A DNA stretch of 63,997 bases, the filler included, from Diploschistes diacapsis (lineage: Eukaryota), in NCBI GenBank assembly GCA_023645945.1. It is 18 parts of 18 records of this genome, joined end to end, with 100 filler letters (N's around TTAATTAATTAA, not from the genome) between each part and the next. Parts side by side here need not be neighbours in the genome. Positions count along the whole stretch, not along the records: positions 6,981 to 31,728 come from JALAIB010000231.1; positions 31,829 to 34,049 come from JALAIB010002310.1; positions 34,150 to 36,370 come from JALAIB010002311.1; 15 more parts are not named here. One strand, written 5' to 3'. The position numbers and the translations under genes were made by a program. This document shows positions 24,549 through 36,470 of the stretch, one piece after another. Under the pieces are notes generated by a model. The model ran no database searches. It was not told the origin of the DNA and was given only the letters and a program-made list of their open reading frames with translations. Numbering within the stretch: position 1 is the first letter of the stretch; the number at the start of each line of letters is the position of its first letter.

Positions 24549-25653
24549 GACCACGGGATGGGCAGTCCTAAAATAAACACAGGCTCAGCGGGACGTCCAC
24601 ATTGACCACATCTACAACCTTATAGCTACTAGCCTTGGGGTTTTGCTCGGAGGGGCGGAGTACGAAGATTTTATGCCTCTATTTTCAGTTCCTGAAGGCG
24701 TTGCTTTTGGGCCCCTACCTGTGAAATAACGCTGTCTTCTTATTCTCTCCTTTTGTGCTAGCCGGTTTTACGTCGAGGTAAGTAAGCGCTAGATATAACT
24801 TTAGCGCTACTAAGGGAGTGTTTAAGTAGGGATTAGATACGTGCTAGTCACGTACAGGTTCTGGAAACGGTGCTCCAAAATCTGGGCCATTCAGCTGCTG
24901 AAGCCAAGAGAGAATTAGTAGCTTCAAGTCTTAGCTTATTTCCTTTCAAATCGTTCAATAGCGCATATAAGCTTATAATACGTAATATTGTCTAGCTTGA
25001 TCTCGCTTCCATGAAGCAAAACAATAAAGGCATTATTTTAGATAGCCTTGAAGCGGCTGCCCAGCAACCGCCGATCGCAATGCAAGTCCTCTATAAAAAA
25101 AAGGTGGCAGAAGAACGCTGGAAGCAGACACAACGGAATCGGCCTCAAGCTTCAACTCAACAGTTCTGATGCGGATCAAACCAGAGGGCCGTCGTTCCAA
25201 GCCTAATGAGCAAAGAACGCCGCAAGAATCTTCAAGCGGGTCATCTTCCAAGGCGCCAGAGGCTCTGTCGTTGTCATGGCGCTCATGGCGTTGTATACAC
25301 CCATCAATGGTGAAAAAACGTTATGCTGATGATTGCTATGAGTGGCAGCCGCCGCCGATTATAAAAGCGATGGAGCTATCACGTGATTATATTATGGCTG
25401 CAGCGGTAATGGCGGTGTCCCCCTGCACTCAAAAGAATCTTCCCCACAAGAGGAGCCTCTTCCGACGCCGTTTTCGCACGTGAGCCATGGGTTGGGCTCC
25501 GGATGCTCTAATGTATCCGTTGGGTGCATCTCCCGAGCGTTTGGAGCCTAGAGGAGGCGGTCATATGAGTCTCTGGTGTTGCTTAACGCCTTTCCTTAGC
25601 GAACGTGCGCTGAGTCAGCTGTGCAGCCAGTAAACGCTGCACAAATTCGACGC

Positions 25654-26714
25654 CTACGAGAGGCAATTTGCGAGACAGTGGCTCTTTTGGGAAAGGTGGC
25701 GACCCTGACAGTATTTGTACATGTCGCCGGGCGTAGCAAACGGCATCGTTGAAGCCGTTAGGTTGTAAACGACGCAGCCTAGTGACCAGAGATCGACAGC
25801 GTGGCTGCAGACAGAGGTTTCCCTATCTCCAATATACAAAACGATTTCTGGAGCTTGAAAAAAGAATGGTCTTCCAGTCTCGGTATGAAACGCAGTTTCT
25901 CCATTCTTAACTCGCTTGGCAATACCAAAATCGCTAATTTATCACCCACCACTTGCTGGACTCTGAAGGCTTATCAGCTACGAAGATGTTCCGTGATGCG
26001 AATGGTAAGCCCTCATTTGGTATAGTCACGCAATAAAGAGATGTTTAAAGCAATTGGAATGATGCAAGACGACAGTCAACAACTTGCTTCTGGCTTAAGG
26101 ACTCGGTGTGCAAAACTCTCGGCATGCATGATGCTCAGGCCTTCAAGCAGGTTCGCGGTGATTTCTTGGACCCCAATCTCTTTGAAGCCGCAAGACGGAT
26201 GTCGGCATAGGTCGCCATGTTCGAAGTATTCCATGGTCAGGTATATCGACTTTTCGGTTTCGAACCAGCCGTGGAAGGCCACGAATAGGTTGTGTGTAGA
26301 TACTGTGTTCAGCGTCAATGATCGAGACAACGTTCTGGCGAAGGCTTAGCGATGTGTGAATACCTCTTCCTTAGCCAGATTGGTCAAAGCGAGAAGCTCC
26401 TACCCGTAGTCAATCTCAAATCGCTCCAGACGTTCCTTTCCAATGATCTTGACGGCCCGTACCTCCGAGCCACTTCCGCGCTCATCATGAAGCTCTTTCC
26501 AAACCTCGCCAAAGGAGCCCATGCCAATAAGAGCAGTCCTTTTCCACTCGATCCCGACCTTGTTCCGTATGCTCAAACGGCTTCGCTTATGCAGATAATT
26601 AACGGTGTAGTCTCGGTGAACTATAATCTTGAGCTTATAGTAATCCAAAAGATCCTCCGTCGAAGTTTGTAGCCAATCGCTGGCACACAGTTTAACGATT
26701 CGGAGATCAATCAA
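25654..26714 (-). pseudogene. Ser/Thr protein kinase, disrupted
   Basis: IGMGSFGEVWKE, VRAVKII, YLTMEYFEHGDL, HRVLKPE (HRD Asp lost), a frameshifted ISDFG and AVDLWSLGCVVY. Confidence 0.85.
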
Positions 26715-27218
26715 TAGTAGCCAATAACGGGTATGGGGGTAGCTGTAGCAAGCGCAAAGGTAATTTCACCTGGCTTTTTGATAATAGTAGGCGAATTGGC
26801 GCTTTTCAAAGCGATCAATGCAAGAGGGGTACTTCTATAATATGTAGTATTTAGTTTGTTTGGAAGAAACCATGCTCCTGGCATCATTCGAGCACGCATC
26901 GAGTTGAATAATGTAATTATGGCTAGCCCAAGGTTCGTATTCTGCGGCCCATACCGAGTTAACCTGTAAGGCGCATACGGCACACTATCTTTGAGTATGA
27001 AGATGAAAAACTAACGTAATAATAGAAGAGAATGTTAAATAACTTCGATTAATAAACTGCTGGACGACCCTCAAGGTTGTTTTTGCCAGAACATATCGCA
27101 AATGCCTTATCCTTGGTGCTTTCATTGCATACAGATTCCATGGAATCTTGGATGCTGGCCTGTCGTCCTGCTCGGTTTCATGAAAGGATCTAGATAACGG
27201 AAGCCTCGACTTGTTGTG

Positions 27219-28450
27219 ATGGACGCTGTATCCTTGGGTTTTGCAACCATAGACCTCTGCATGAACGCCGCGTGTCAGGTACAGAAGCATGCGGAACGCG
27301 AGATTCAAGAAAGGGTGCTCGGCGTTAAAGGAGTCCGGTTGAGGACTCAATATCAAAATGAAACATTGCGCACTTTGCGGAAGGAGCTTGACGGCCGAAT
27401 GCAAGCACATTAAAATAGTATTTTGGTGGTGCTGGAAGACAAACTTCAAGCTGCCACTGCCGTCCTCTAAGGACTTGACGCCGATGCAACCACGGGGGCA
27501 TTCTCATCACTGAGTATCTTGAAAGGAACGCAGGGGCCTTAAAGAGAGTAAGGTATGCCACTCGCACGAAGAAAAAGCTTGATACGGTAGGCAGAGAACT
27601 AGGTGAGTGGCACTGGAGGTTTGACCCCTCGTGGTACCTTCTCGCACGCGTCCCAGCTGTGAGCACGGAGCAGGCTGGAACCAGCAAGGAAGATGCGGGC
27701 GCCAGGACGGAAGTATCGATTCCAGAGCAGCTGAGGCTTGCGAACCTAAAACAACTGGAACCGATTGCAAAAGTGATACCGTATTATTATCGAGCGACTT
27801 TGTACTCGCAAATAGACAACCGATCCTGCACTCGTCCGCTCCGGCTGCCATGGCAGGTCCTGACCGGCAAGAAATAGTCATTATCGACTCACACTATCTC
27901 ACAGAGGGCTTTGATCCTATCAGCTCCTATCAGCTCGTTAAAGAAGGGCGGGATTTCGCTCGCATCTGGGCGAATATCGAACCGTTCCTAATTTCCCTGT
28001 TAGTTAGCCGCGATTTGATTCGAGGGACACAGAACTCCGAGTATCTGCTCATCTTTGACATTCCTGTTGGTTTCTCTCCATGCCTTATGCTCTAAGAACC
28101 TACTTGTTGTATTCAGAGATATTTCGCATTCTCTCGATGACCGTTTCAGAATTGCGAAACCAATGGCAAGGTCTATTTATATTTACATTCCTCTCAGAGA
28201 GCTCACATAAATCTTTCACCAGAAACCATTGTGCTGTTGGAGGAGGCTTCGACCAGATAAATTTCTATACAATTTTCAAGAGATGGAAAGTATTCCCAAC
28301 GGAAAGGTGATCGGGACTGCGAGAAAATCTCTACCGACATCCCCAGCGACAGGCCGAATTTCCCAATAATGTTTACGAAAATGAGGCACGATGTGTACAG
28401 ACTTGGAGTCTGCCTGCTGGAAACTTGGCCTAGGTCATTCTTTTATTGGA
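27219..28450 (+). pseudogene. HET-s/HeLo-like N-terminal helical domain plus C-terminal kinase-like domain, disrupted
   Basis: Hydrophobic start MDAVSLGFATIDLC, then WHWRFDPSWYLL, RFRIAK..LHS..HINLSPETIVL, NLYRHPQRQ and MRHDVYRLGVCLLE. Several TAA stops and frameshifts. Family assigned from motif recall only. Confidence 0.7.
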
Positions 28451-29410
28451 TATGATGACAATGATTTGAAGGGTATATTAGATCCAATCGCCTTTCAAAG
28501 ATTGACAGAGACGAGGTCCTAATCCCGGGAAAGCGACACCAACCGCAACGTTACCTATAGAAGGGCGCTTACGCAATAAGGATCATAAAGTAACACGTAG
28601 CGCAGTGAGAATATTATACCGTGGGCTTTAGACAAACCGTTGACGAGAGTTGACTCCAGAAAGTGCAATAATGATAAAAGCCTGCGTATATCGGATCAAC
28701 GTTTAGCAGCCTGAATAGAAACGGCTTAAATAGTACTGATTGGTATTGATAACTAACGTGCCTTAAAATTTAAAATAAAAGCATGATAAACGTCTTATTA
28801 ACATTTCTAGTCATAATAAGTAGTATCATTTCTTCCTAATTTTTTGGTGATATAGGAGCATCTTTCTTCATTAAATGAATTCAGCTACAACAGCGCTTCA
28901 TTCTGGTACTGAAACCAGCTGTAGCTGCCTGTTTATTTGGCACTAATTGGTTTGCTGAGCTGAATATCAAAAGGTATATAATAAACTCGACACTGGGGGT
29001 GAAGAAAAGACGGTATATCATAATTGATAGTCACGTATGGTATAACCTAAAATCTTCAAGAATGCAATTGAGCAGCAAAAGAGAAAATTATACGCAAAAT
29101 GACAGAAGCGAGGTTCGAACTCGCGTGGATTGCTCCATGTGGAAATTTAAATACTTACTAGTCAAGTTAGCATCTGCATCATCAAAATGGATGATAGATA
29201 ATCGCACAATCACACGCCTTAACCACTCGGCCATTCTGTCTGAATTCGATTTCAGACTGTTTAATTATATGTACCTTCTAAGATGCATGATGCAAATTTC
29301 CCATTGCTTCCCGGAATTAACCCACATCCCATTTGATCCGATTCTCATACTTCAACGCCTTGCTAACCTGCGCTTCGCACCGGTCCTGTTCTTTTTGAGG
29401 AAATCACAAG

Positions 29411-30976
29411 ATGCCCTCTTTAGTACGAGGGCGCCCCTCCGCCTCCACCAATCCAGCAGCAGGCAGCCGTTCCGCCCCTCCTTCTCACTCCTTACCTGCA
29501 TACGAACCACCCTCACAGCCCCTCTCGAAATCCGCTCAACGGTCCCTCGCAACCCTCGCATCTGCGAATAATGAGAGGCTTAAGAAGCATCTCAAGTCCG
29601 CTTCCGAGGTGCTGGGCGAAGCGACCGACAATATCAACGTAATTGCTACTTTGACACGGCAAAGAGCCGAAAGAACGCGAAGCCGACGAATCGATGAGGG
29701 TGCCGCGGGTTATGAGGATGCAGGTGCGGATCCGGAGAATGGCGATACGGGATTGGGAGCCGCGGAAGAGCTGGGCGAGAAGGTTGATGGGCTAACGGTC
29801 GAGATTGAAGGGAAGTTGAGAAAGCTCATTGACGCGCAGGCGAGATTGGGTGGGAGAGTTGGTGGCTTGAAGGAGGTAGTGGGGCAAATTGAGAGAAACA
29901 ATGCTGAGAGCGGAGGGGAAGCGGGAAAGGGAACACAGAGCACGCTAGGGGCGAGCCAGTTCAGGGGTCGGAGAACCCGAGGCGTTGAAGAGGAAGAGGA
30001 AGAGGAAGAGGAAAATGACGAGGACTCGGGAGCGCATGCAGGGCGACAAGATCAAGGCAGCGTCGGAGGCGGCCCCGGGGTACCGGTGCTATTGAAGCAA
30101 AAGATGGAAGAATGGGAGAAAAGCTATAATGCAATGAGCATGGGCGATAGATACGCTTCCCATAACGACTACGTCCATTTCAGACAAAGCTTACACTATG
30201 CTATACACGCTGGCAGTGACCCAATGCCCCCAGTGCCCCATGCCAGCACCTGGTTCCGCTCCACTTCCGACGACAATGTTACACAAGGCTCCCAAGAGCA
30301 ACCATACCTCTATCAACGTGCCTCTGCGCCGGCTGAAGAGGGTGGGGATTCGGGGTCGGACATCGAGGCCGTGGCAGCAAGCATTAACATCAAATGTCCG
30401 GTCACGTTGCTACCAATGAAAAACCCAGTCACCAGCACGAAATGCCCGCATAGCTTTGAGAAGGAGGCTATCGAGGAGATGATAAGGCATAGTCCCACGA
30501 CAACGGGGGGTAGTGGGAGGAGGGGCACGAATGACGGGGTCAAAGCGCTCAAATGTCCTGTTTGCTCGGTGGTGAGTAATTTAGCATACCATTTTTTGGG
30601 CGATAGGGTGGGACATATTAGGAATGTAGATGTACTGACCACATGACAGCTTCTGACAACCGCCGACCTGGCTCCAGACCCGGTGTTGCGCCGAAATATA
30701 CAGCGCATACAGGCTGCAGAGCTAGCCAAAAACAACCATGACGAAGACGAAGATGAGGACGATGGCTCAAGGCACGGCAGCAATCGGCGGAAGGCAGCAC
30801 ATAATATTACAAGCAGTCCTTATAGGGGACGCCAGTCGTCAGCGCTGTCGCAGATAAAGGGTGAGAAGGCGAGAAGCAGCGTCGTGCCAAGTACACAGCT
30901 GGGCGAAGGCGCTGGAAGAGGCGACGAAGACTTGGATGAAATGGACGGTGATGAGGAGGATGGAGATGAATATTGA
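29411..30976 (+). CDS. NSE2: SMC5/6 SUMO E3 ligase Nse2/Mms21 (SP-RING)
   Basis: CPVT..PMKNPV..KCPHSFEK..CPVC. Intron 30572-30649 (GTGAGT..CTGAC..CAG), then LAPDPVLRRNIQR. Intact. Confidence 0.88.
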
Positions 30977-31828
30977 GGATGGCCCGCTTGGCAGTAGAGT
31001 ATGGAGGAAGATTGATGTGACGAAAGGACGATATGTGCTGGCAAGTCGCTTTCCCTTGGGCGCTAGTAGAGAGTGGCTGCCGAGGCTTGCCCGTCAAGCT
31101 GCAAGACAGAGAAACAGGTACGACAGCTCCATGACCGCTGGCGACGATCGATGGATCGAGGCCAAGCTAAAGCAAGAAAGGCGAAGGCTTGCATGCAAAC
31201 ACGGGCATGGCCCTCAACTAGGTTCGCCCTGAAACAAGAAAAACTCTGGTCGAGATCGTGACATGGGGAACTAGGATACCGATGGTTGAGATGCCTGTGC
31301 AAAGTAACTGAGAAGAGCCCCAACGTCTTCTGGCAGTGCGCTTGACCAGCAAGTCGCGCCAGCTCTTCAATTGGAGGGTCAAAAAGCCCGAAAACAATAA
31401 AAGATTGCTCATGTTATTCTACCACACGTTATGGGAGTAAATCGGGTAATAGCATAGCGAGACGAGCAAGGCAAGGGTTGATAGCATGGCTTTGGGCCAT
31501 CTGGGGGTGAGCGGCCCTGAGCCCGTACCTGAGCCGGGGTGAGCTCCCGCGGGGCCATGTTTAGACGATCAATACAGGATTAACAGGACGATTAATCGGA
31601 CCGATTATTTATTGAATATTGATATAAATTTTATATGCAATTTCCATACAAATTTCTGTACAAACTTTGTATAAAAATTTTAATAAAAAAATAAATCACT
31701 TTTTTTATTATGACGCCATCTTTAATAGNNNNNNNNNNNNNNNNNNNNNNNNNNNNNNNNNNNNNNNNNNNNTTAATTAATTAANNNNNNNNNNNNNNNN
31801 NNNNNNNNNNNNNNNNNNNNNNNNNNNN

Positions 31829-34049
31829 GTATTCATTGATTAAATTATAGACGTATATTCCGCTAAATATATATTAGGTTCTGACGGGAATAAGACCCCC
31901 GTCGAAGGACTAGACATATATATCAGTGATATCTTCGACATTGACGACGACGTCAATACAGCGTTTTTAAAAAGAAAAGACAGCATCTCGGGTTAATTAG
32001 AAAAATGGATCCTTGATATCGGTTGTTTTATATATATGAACAGCTTTCGGTCGGACTTTATTAAGAAGATTAAATCATTCTCTAGATAAATAAAAGTCGT
32101 TAAAGGAAATAAATATAGGATAAAAGGAAAAGAAAAGATAGCTTTTACTACTATCCTTTTTAAAAAAAAATCTAGAAAGGTTATTCTTCATAACATTCTT
32201 TTTGTTTCGGATATACCGCAAACACGCCTTTTTAATTAAGCATAGGCTCGCCTGAAAGGGTATTATCTATATGGCCATGGCGATAATGTTTTTATTATTA
32301 ATAAAGAAAAAACCTATCTATAGGCGAAGGTTATACGGAATTATATTTTAATTCCACTATATAATGAATCAGCTTACGTTATTTCTTATTAAGAGTTTCA
32401 TTTCGCGATAAGACATGTTTCCACGAAAAATAACATCTATAGCGATGGCGATATTATTCTATTAAAACATCAAGACTTTTATTATTTTATTTATATTAAG
32501 ATTAAAAATACGTATCAGATATCTAAATCAATAAATAGGCGTATTAATAATCTTTTTAAACTAATTTATTCCGATTTAAGTGGAAAGTTCTCCGTTAAAT
32601 TAATTAGGGGGAGTAGATACTATATTATTTTTATCGACGACTATACCAGATATTTATGGATCAGATTCTTGAAATATAAGGACGAGATCACGTCCGCTTT
32701 TCGAGATTTTTTGAAAATGATAAAGACCCAGTATAATACTGTTATTAAAAGATTTCGATCCGATCGCGGAGGAGAGTATTTTAATGATCTTTAAAGGTTA
32801 TTGTCTGATCACGGAACTGAATGGGCTTTATTTTCCGCACGTATTTACGAGTTAATGAGGTAGCCGAACGTTTTAATAAGACAGTTATCGAGATAGTAAA
32901 ATCAATGTTATTAGAGATTAATTAATTAAAATTTCTATGGGCTGAAGCGTATAGCATAGTAATGTATTTAAAGAATAAGTTTTTATATTTAATAATCGGA
33001 AGTTTTTTAATATAAGTACTGATTAAAAGAAAATCGATAATCAAAAGAATTCATCGTTTTGATTAATTATACTACGTTTATATTTGTAAGGAAGAAAGAT
33101 AAGCTTAAAGGATTAAGAAAACTTTTATTAAGAACGTACGATGCAGTATTTATCGGATATATAAAATCGTTAAAGATGTTTAGAATTTATATCTTAGAAA
33201 AGAGATTAATTAAAGAAGTCCGAGATTTCGTGTGGGTATTTAGGTCCTTTACTTCTAAGGAAGTAAAGATGATTTTTATTTTTTTAGAACGAATTACTTA
33301 ATTATCGAACAGTTCTGAAAGTGATCGATTTTTAGTTTTTCCGTCTGATAGTTCCGGAAGTGGTCTGCCTTTAGAAATTATATACTTAACGCTTCCTGAA
33401 ACTCCTTTATCAGCTAGTACTCAGAGCACGAGAAGGACTGAAAGAACAAATGCTGGGAAAGTATTTGAAAGATAGGAACCTGAATCTTTTTAGAAATCGG
33501 TTATTAAAAGGTCGTTTATTATAATCTTTATTACTGTTTCTCGGGCTCGAAGTCCTTATTTTAGGGATTACGATGTTAGAGTAGCGGAAAGAGAAATAAT
33601 TATAAGTATAAAAGAGGAAGTTTTTTATGTTTATGTTATATTTAGTATTTCGGATGGTGTCTTCGTTTTCGAAACTTATATTTAAATAATAGTATGTAAT
33701 GATAGGGACAAGTGGATAATAGTAATAAAATCTGAAATGGAATCGCACCAAAAGAGGGATATATGGGAAGAAGTTAAATATACCGGTCTTATGGTAGGAA
33801 GTAGATGGGTATACGTAATTGAGTTTTATTAGAATAAAACAATTGCTAAATATAAAGTAAGATTAGTAACGTAGGGTTTTTCTTAGGTTCTAAAAAGGGA
33901 TTATTAAGAAACTTATTTGTCTATTATAAAATATGATTTTTTACGTCTTTTAATTAAGATAGTTATTAACTTTGATTTCGATCTAAAATAATTGGATATA
34001 GATATAACGTATCTGTATGAAGTTCTAAAACAGACCATCTATATAATAT
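31829..34049 (+). mobile_element. RIP-degraded Copia pol (protease-integrase-RT)
   Basis: KWILDIG, LIYSDLSG..FIDDYTRY, IKRFRSDRGGEY, GSRWVY..YKVRLVT and LDIDITYLY, with many stops. Confidence 0.88.
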
Positions 34050-34410
34050 NNNNNNNNNNNNNNNNNNNNNNNNNNNNNNNNNNNNNNNNNNNNTTAATTA
34101 ATTAANNNNNNNNNNNNNNNNNNNNNNNNNNNNNNNNNNNNNNNNNNNNGGCGAGGGGAAACCCAGCGTCAATAAGAAAGAAGAGTAAAAAAAAAAGATA
34201 GGTGAAAAGGCAGATAATAAAATGTACGGATAAACGGACGAAAGTGAGCAGAGTAGATAAGTAAAAGTGAGGAACTAAGGATGTTGTTTGTAAGCAACGT
34301 GCTGAAGAAAGGAGCTCAACAAGTAAGTACTGCATGTAGCCCGAGGGCGTGCTCCAGTATACAGCCGCAGCAGCCGCAGCAGACCTATCAATGGTAACAA
34401 AAGTCCTCAC

Positions 34411-35950
34411 CGGTATTCCCAACTCATCAAAAACCTCACAAAACCGCTTCACCTTGCCCTCCATCTCCCGCTTGCTCTGCTCCCAGAACCCGTGCTTCTC
34501 CGCCTCCTCGAACCCGATGGCCACCGCCTCCTGTAGCGGACTGACGCTGCTGTAGCAGATGCGTGTGTGCGCCGCCGACACGTACTTGATCAGGTGCTCG
34601 GGGCCAATCAGCCAGCCGACGCGCCACCCTGTTGCGTAGAAGTTCTTGCCGCCAGACCCGACGGTGAGGGTGCGTTCGGCGATTTCCGGGGAGAGGGTGG
34701 CGATGCGGGTGAAGGGGACATAGTAAAGACGGTCGTAGACCTAGGTTGGGGTTAGGAAAGCTGGTGGAACAGTGGAGAGGCGGGAGTGGAAGGGGTTGGT
34801 GAAGAGGCGTATGTCTGGTACAGGAGCGGATGCTGAGGGTGGGAGAAAGGGAGGATATTTACTTCGTCTGAGAGGATAATCAGGTTGTGTTTGACGCAGA
34901 GATCGCCAATGCGTTGCAGTTCGGCTTTTGAGTATACTTTGCCTACTGGGTTGTGACTGGTATGTGTTAGTGCAGTCGCCAGAAGAGTACCTCTCTGCTA
35001 TCGAGCTTACGGAGAGTTCAAAACCTAAAGCACTCCTTTAGTACTACAGCTCAATCTCCCCATCAGCCCACAGCTTACTATCATTCTTGTTTTTTCGTTG
35101 ATCGTCCTTTCCAGCACCTCGAAATCAATTTCCCAATCCGCCGCCGATGAAGTCCTCGTCGCTCCATGTTTCGGTGGGCTCATCGGCACGTATCTGATGG
35201 TGCCACCGGGCATCTCAATGTTGCTGATGTACTGATCGAAGAATGGCTCGAAGATGATAACTTCGTCGCCCGGCTCTATAAAGCCCATGAAGGCGCTTAG
35301 CATACCCTCGTTGGCGCCTGTGGTGATGGTTACTTCCTTGTCCGGATCGAGCGTCCGGCCGAAGAAGGGGGAGTAGGCATCTGCTATTGCTTTCTTTAGG
35401 CGTGGTCGTCCCTACATCACGTCAATCGAGTTTAAGGATGAACACTGGTTTGACAACTACTTTTGTGGGGGAGTACTGATTGGCATCAACGCGGTTGAGG
35501 GCCTCCTTGGCAGCATCGAGTACAAAGTCGGGGGGGTTGTATCCACTGCTATCATCAGCGACGTCTGCTGAGATGGAGGAGCATCGGATCCTCAGCGATA
35601 GCATACTAGAAACCCTGACCCATGTTCACGATCTGTATGTTTCAGCAAGCTACTTCTATCGTTAAAACATGATTTCTTGTGATTACAGGCTGAACTGGGG
35701 AGGCAGATGCTGCTTCATTGACGATCGTCCTTGGCTACAGTTAGCACCCAACTAGTAACCAGGCGCTCTGATCCCAATTCTACCAGACATCTTGTCGCTG
35801 GCCCGCTACACGCTTCGCCGGCCGGAAAGGATCAGTCTTCATGGCTGTCGAGCAGAAGCTGCGGCTCACGGGAAGCCCTGATAGACCAATTGGCGAATAA
35901 GGAAAGCTGCGCGTCGGGCAAAACCCGAACAAAGGTTTCACCTTGAACAT
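34411..35950 (-). CDS. BNA3: Kynurenine/arylformamide-pathway PLP aminotransferase, class I/II (Bna3-like); 3' end lost at gap
   Basis: Multi-exon: FRPAKRVAGQRQDVW, VNMGQGF, NQYSPTK|GRPRLKKAIA, TTGANEGMLSAFMGFIEPGDEVIIFEPFFDQY, LSDE|VYDRL and GSGGKNFYATGWRVGW. Confidence 0.88.
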
Positions 35951-36470
35951 GGGAATAAATGTGTGGTTTCACTACGGAATTAAGCCCTAAGTCCGAAAAG
36001 ACTTGGCGGAATACCTTTTATTTGTAAATCTGTAGCTAAACAGTTTAAACACACTATGCAATCGAATCACATATGGTAACAACGAAAAGATAATTCACTT
36101 AAAGAGTTCTGGCCTCGGCTAGACTCTAAAAGTCGAGTTTCGAAAAAAATAAATCCTCTTTCAATTAAAACGATTTAATTCGTTTATACTATTCGATTTA
36201 TTAAGATTTAAAATATAAATCGCGTAATAAAAATTTCTTCACCGCATTTTCTTACCGTTTAACCCCCTAAAGAAACCCTTACAAACTATTATAAAAATTA
36301 TCGTTTTCGTTTATTAAAAAACTAAAAAATTTCTAAAACATACGTTATCTTTTTTCGAACTCTTTAAAAGNNNNNNNNNNNNNNNNNNNNNNNNNNNNNN
36401 NNNNNNNNNNNNNNTTAATTAATTAANNNNNNNNNNNNNNNNNNNNNNNNNNNNNNNNNNNNNNNNNNNN

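Noticed and set aside
24754..24857. Possible ~100-bp solo LTR with hairpin (TG..CA)
   Set aside because: No TSD and no second copy in the window.
6981..28600. Starship element call
   Set aside because: No DUF3435 tyrosine recombinase or boundary repeats are visible; kept only as a hypothesis.
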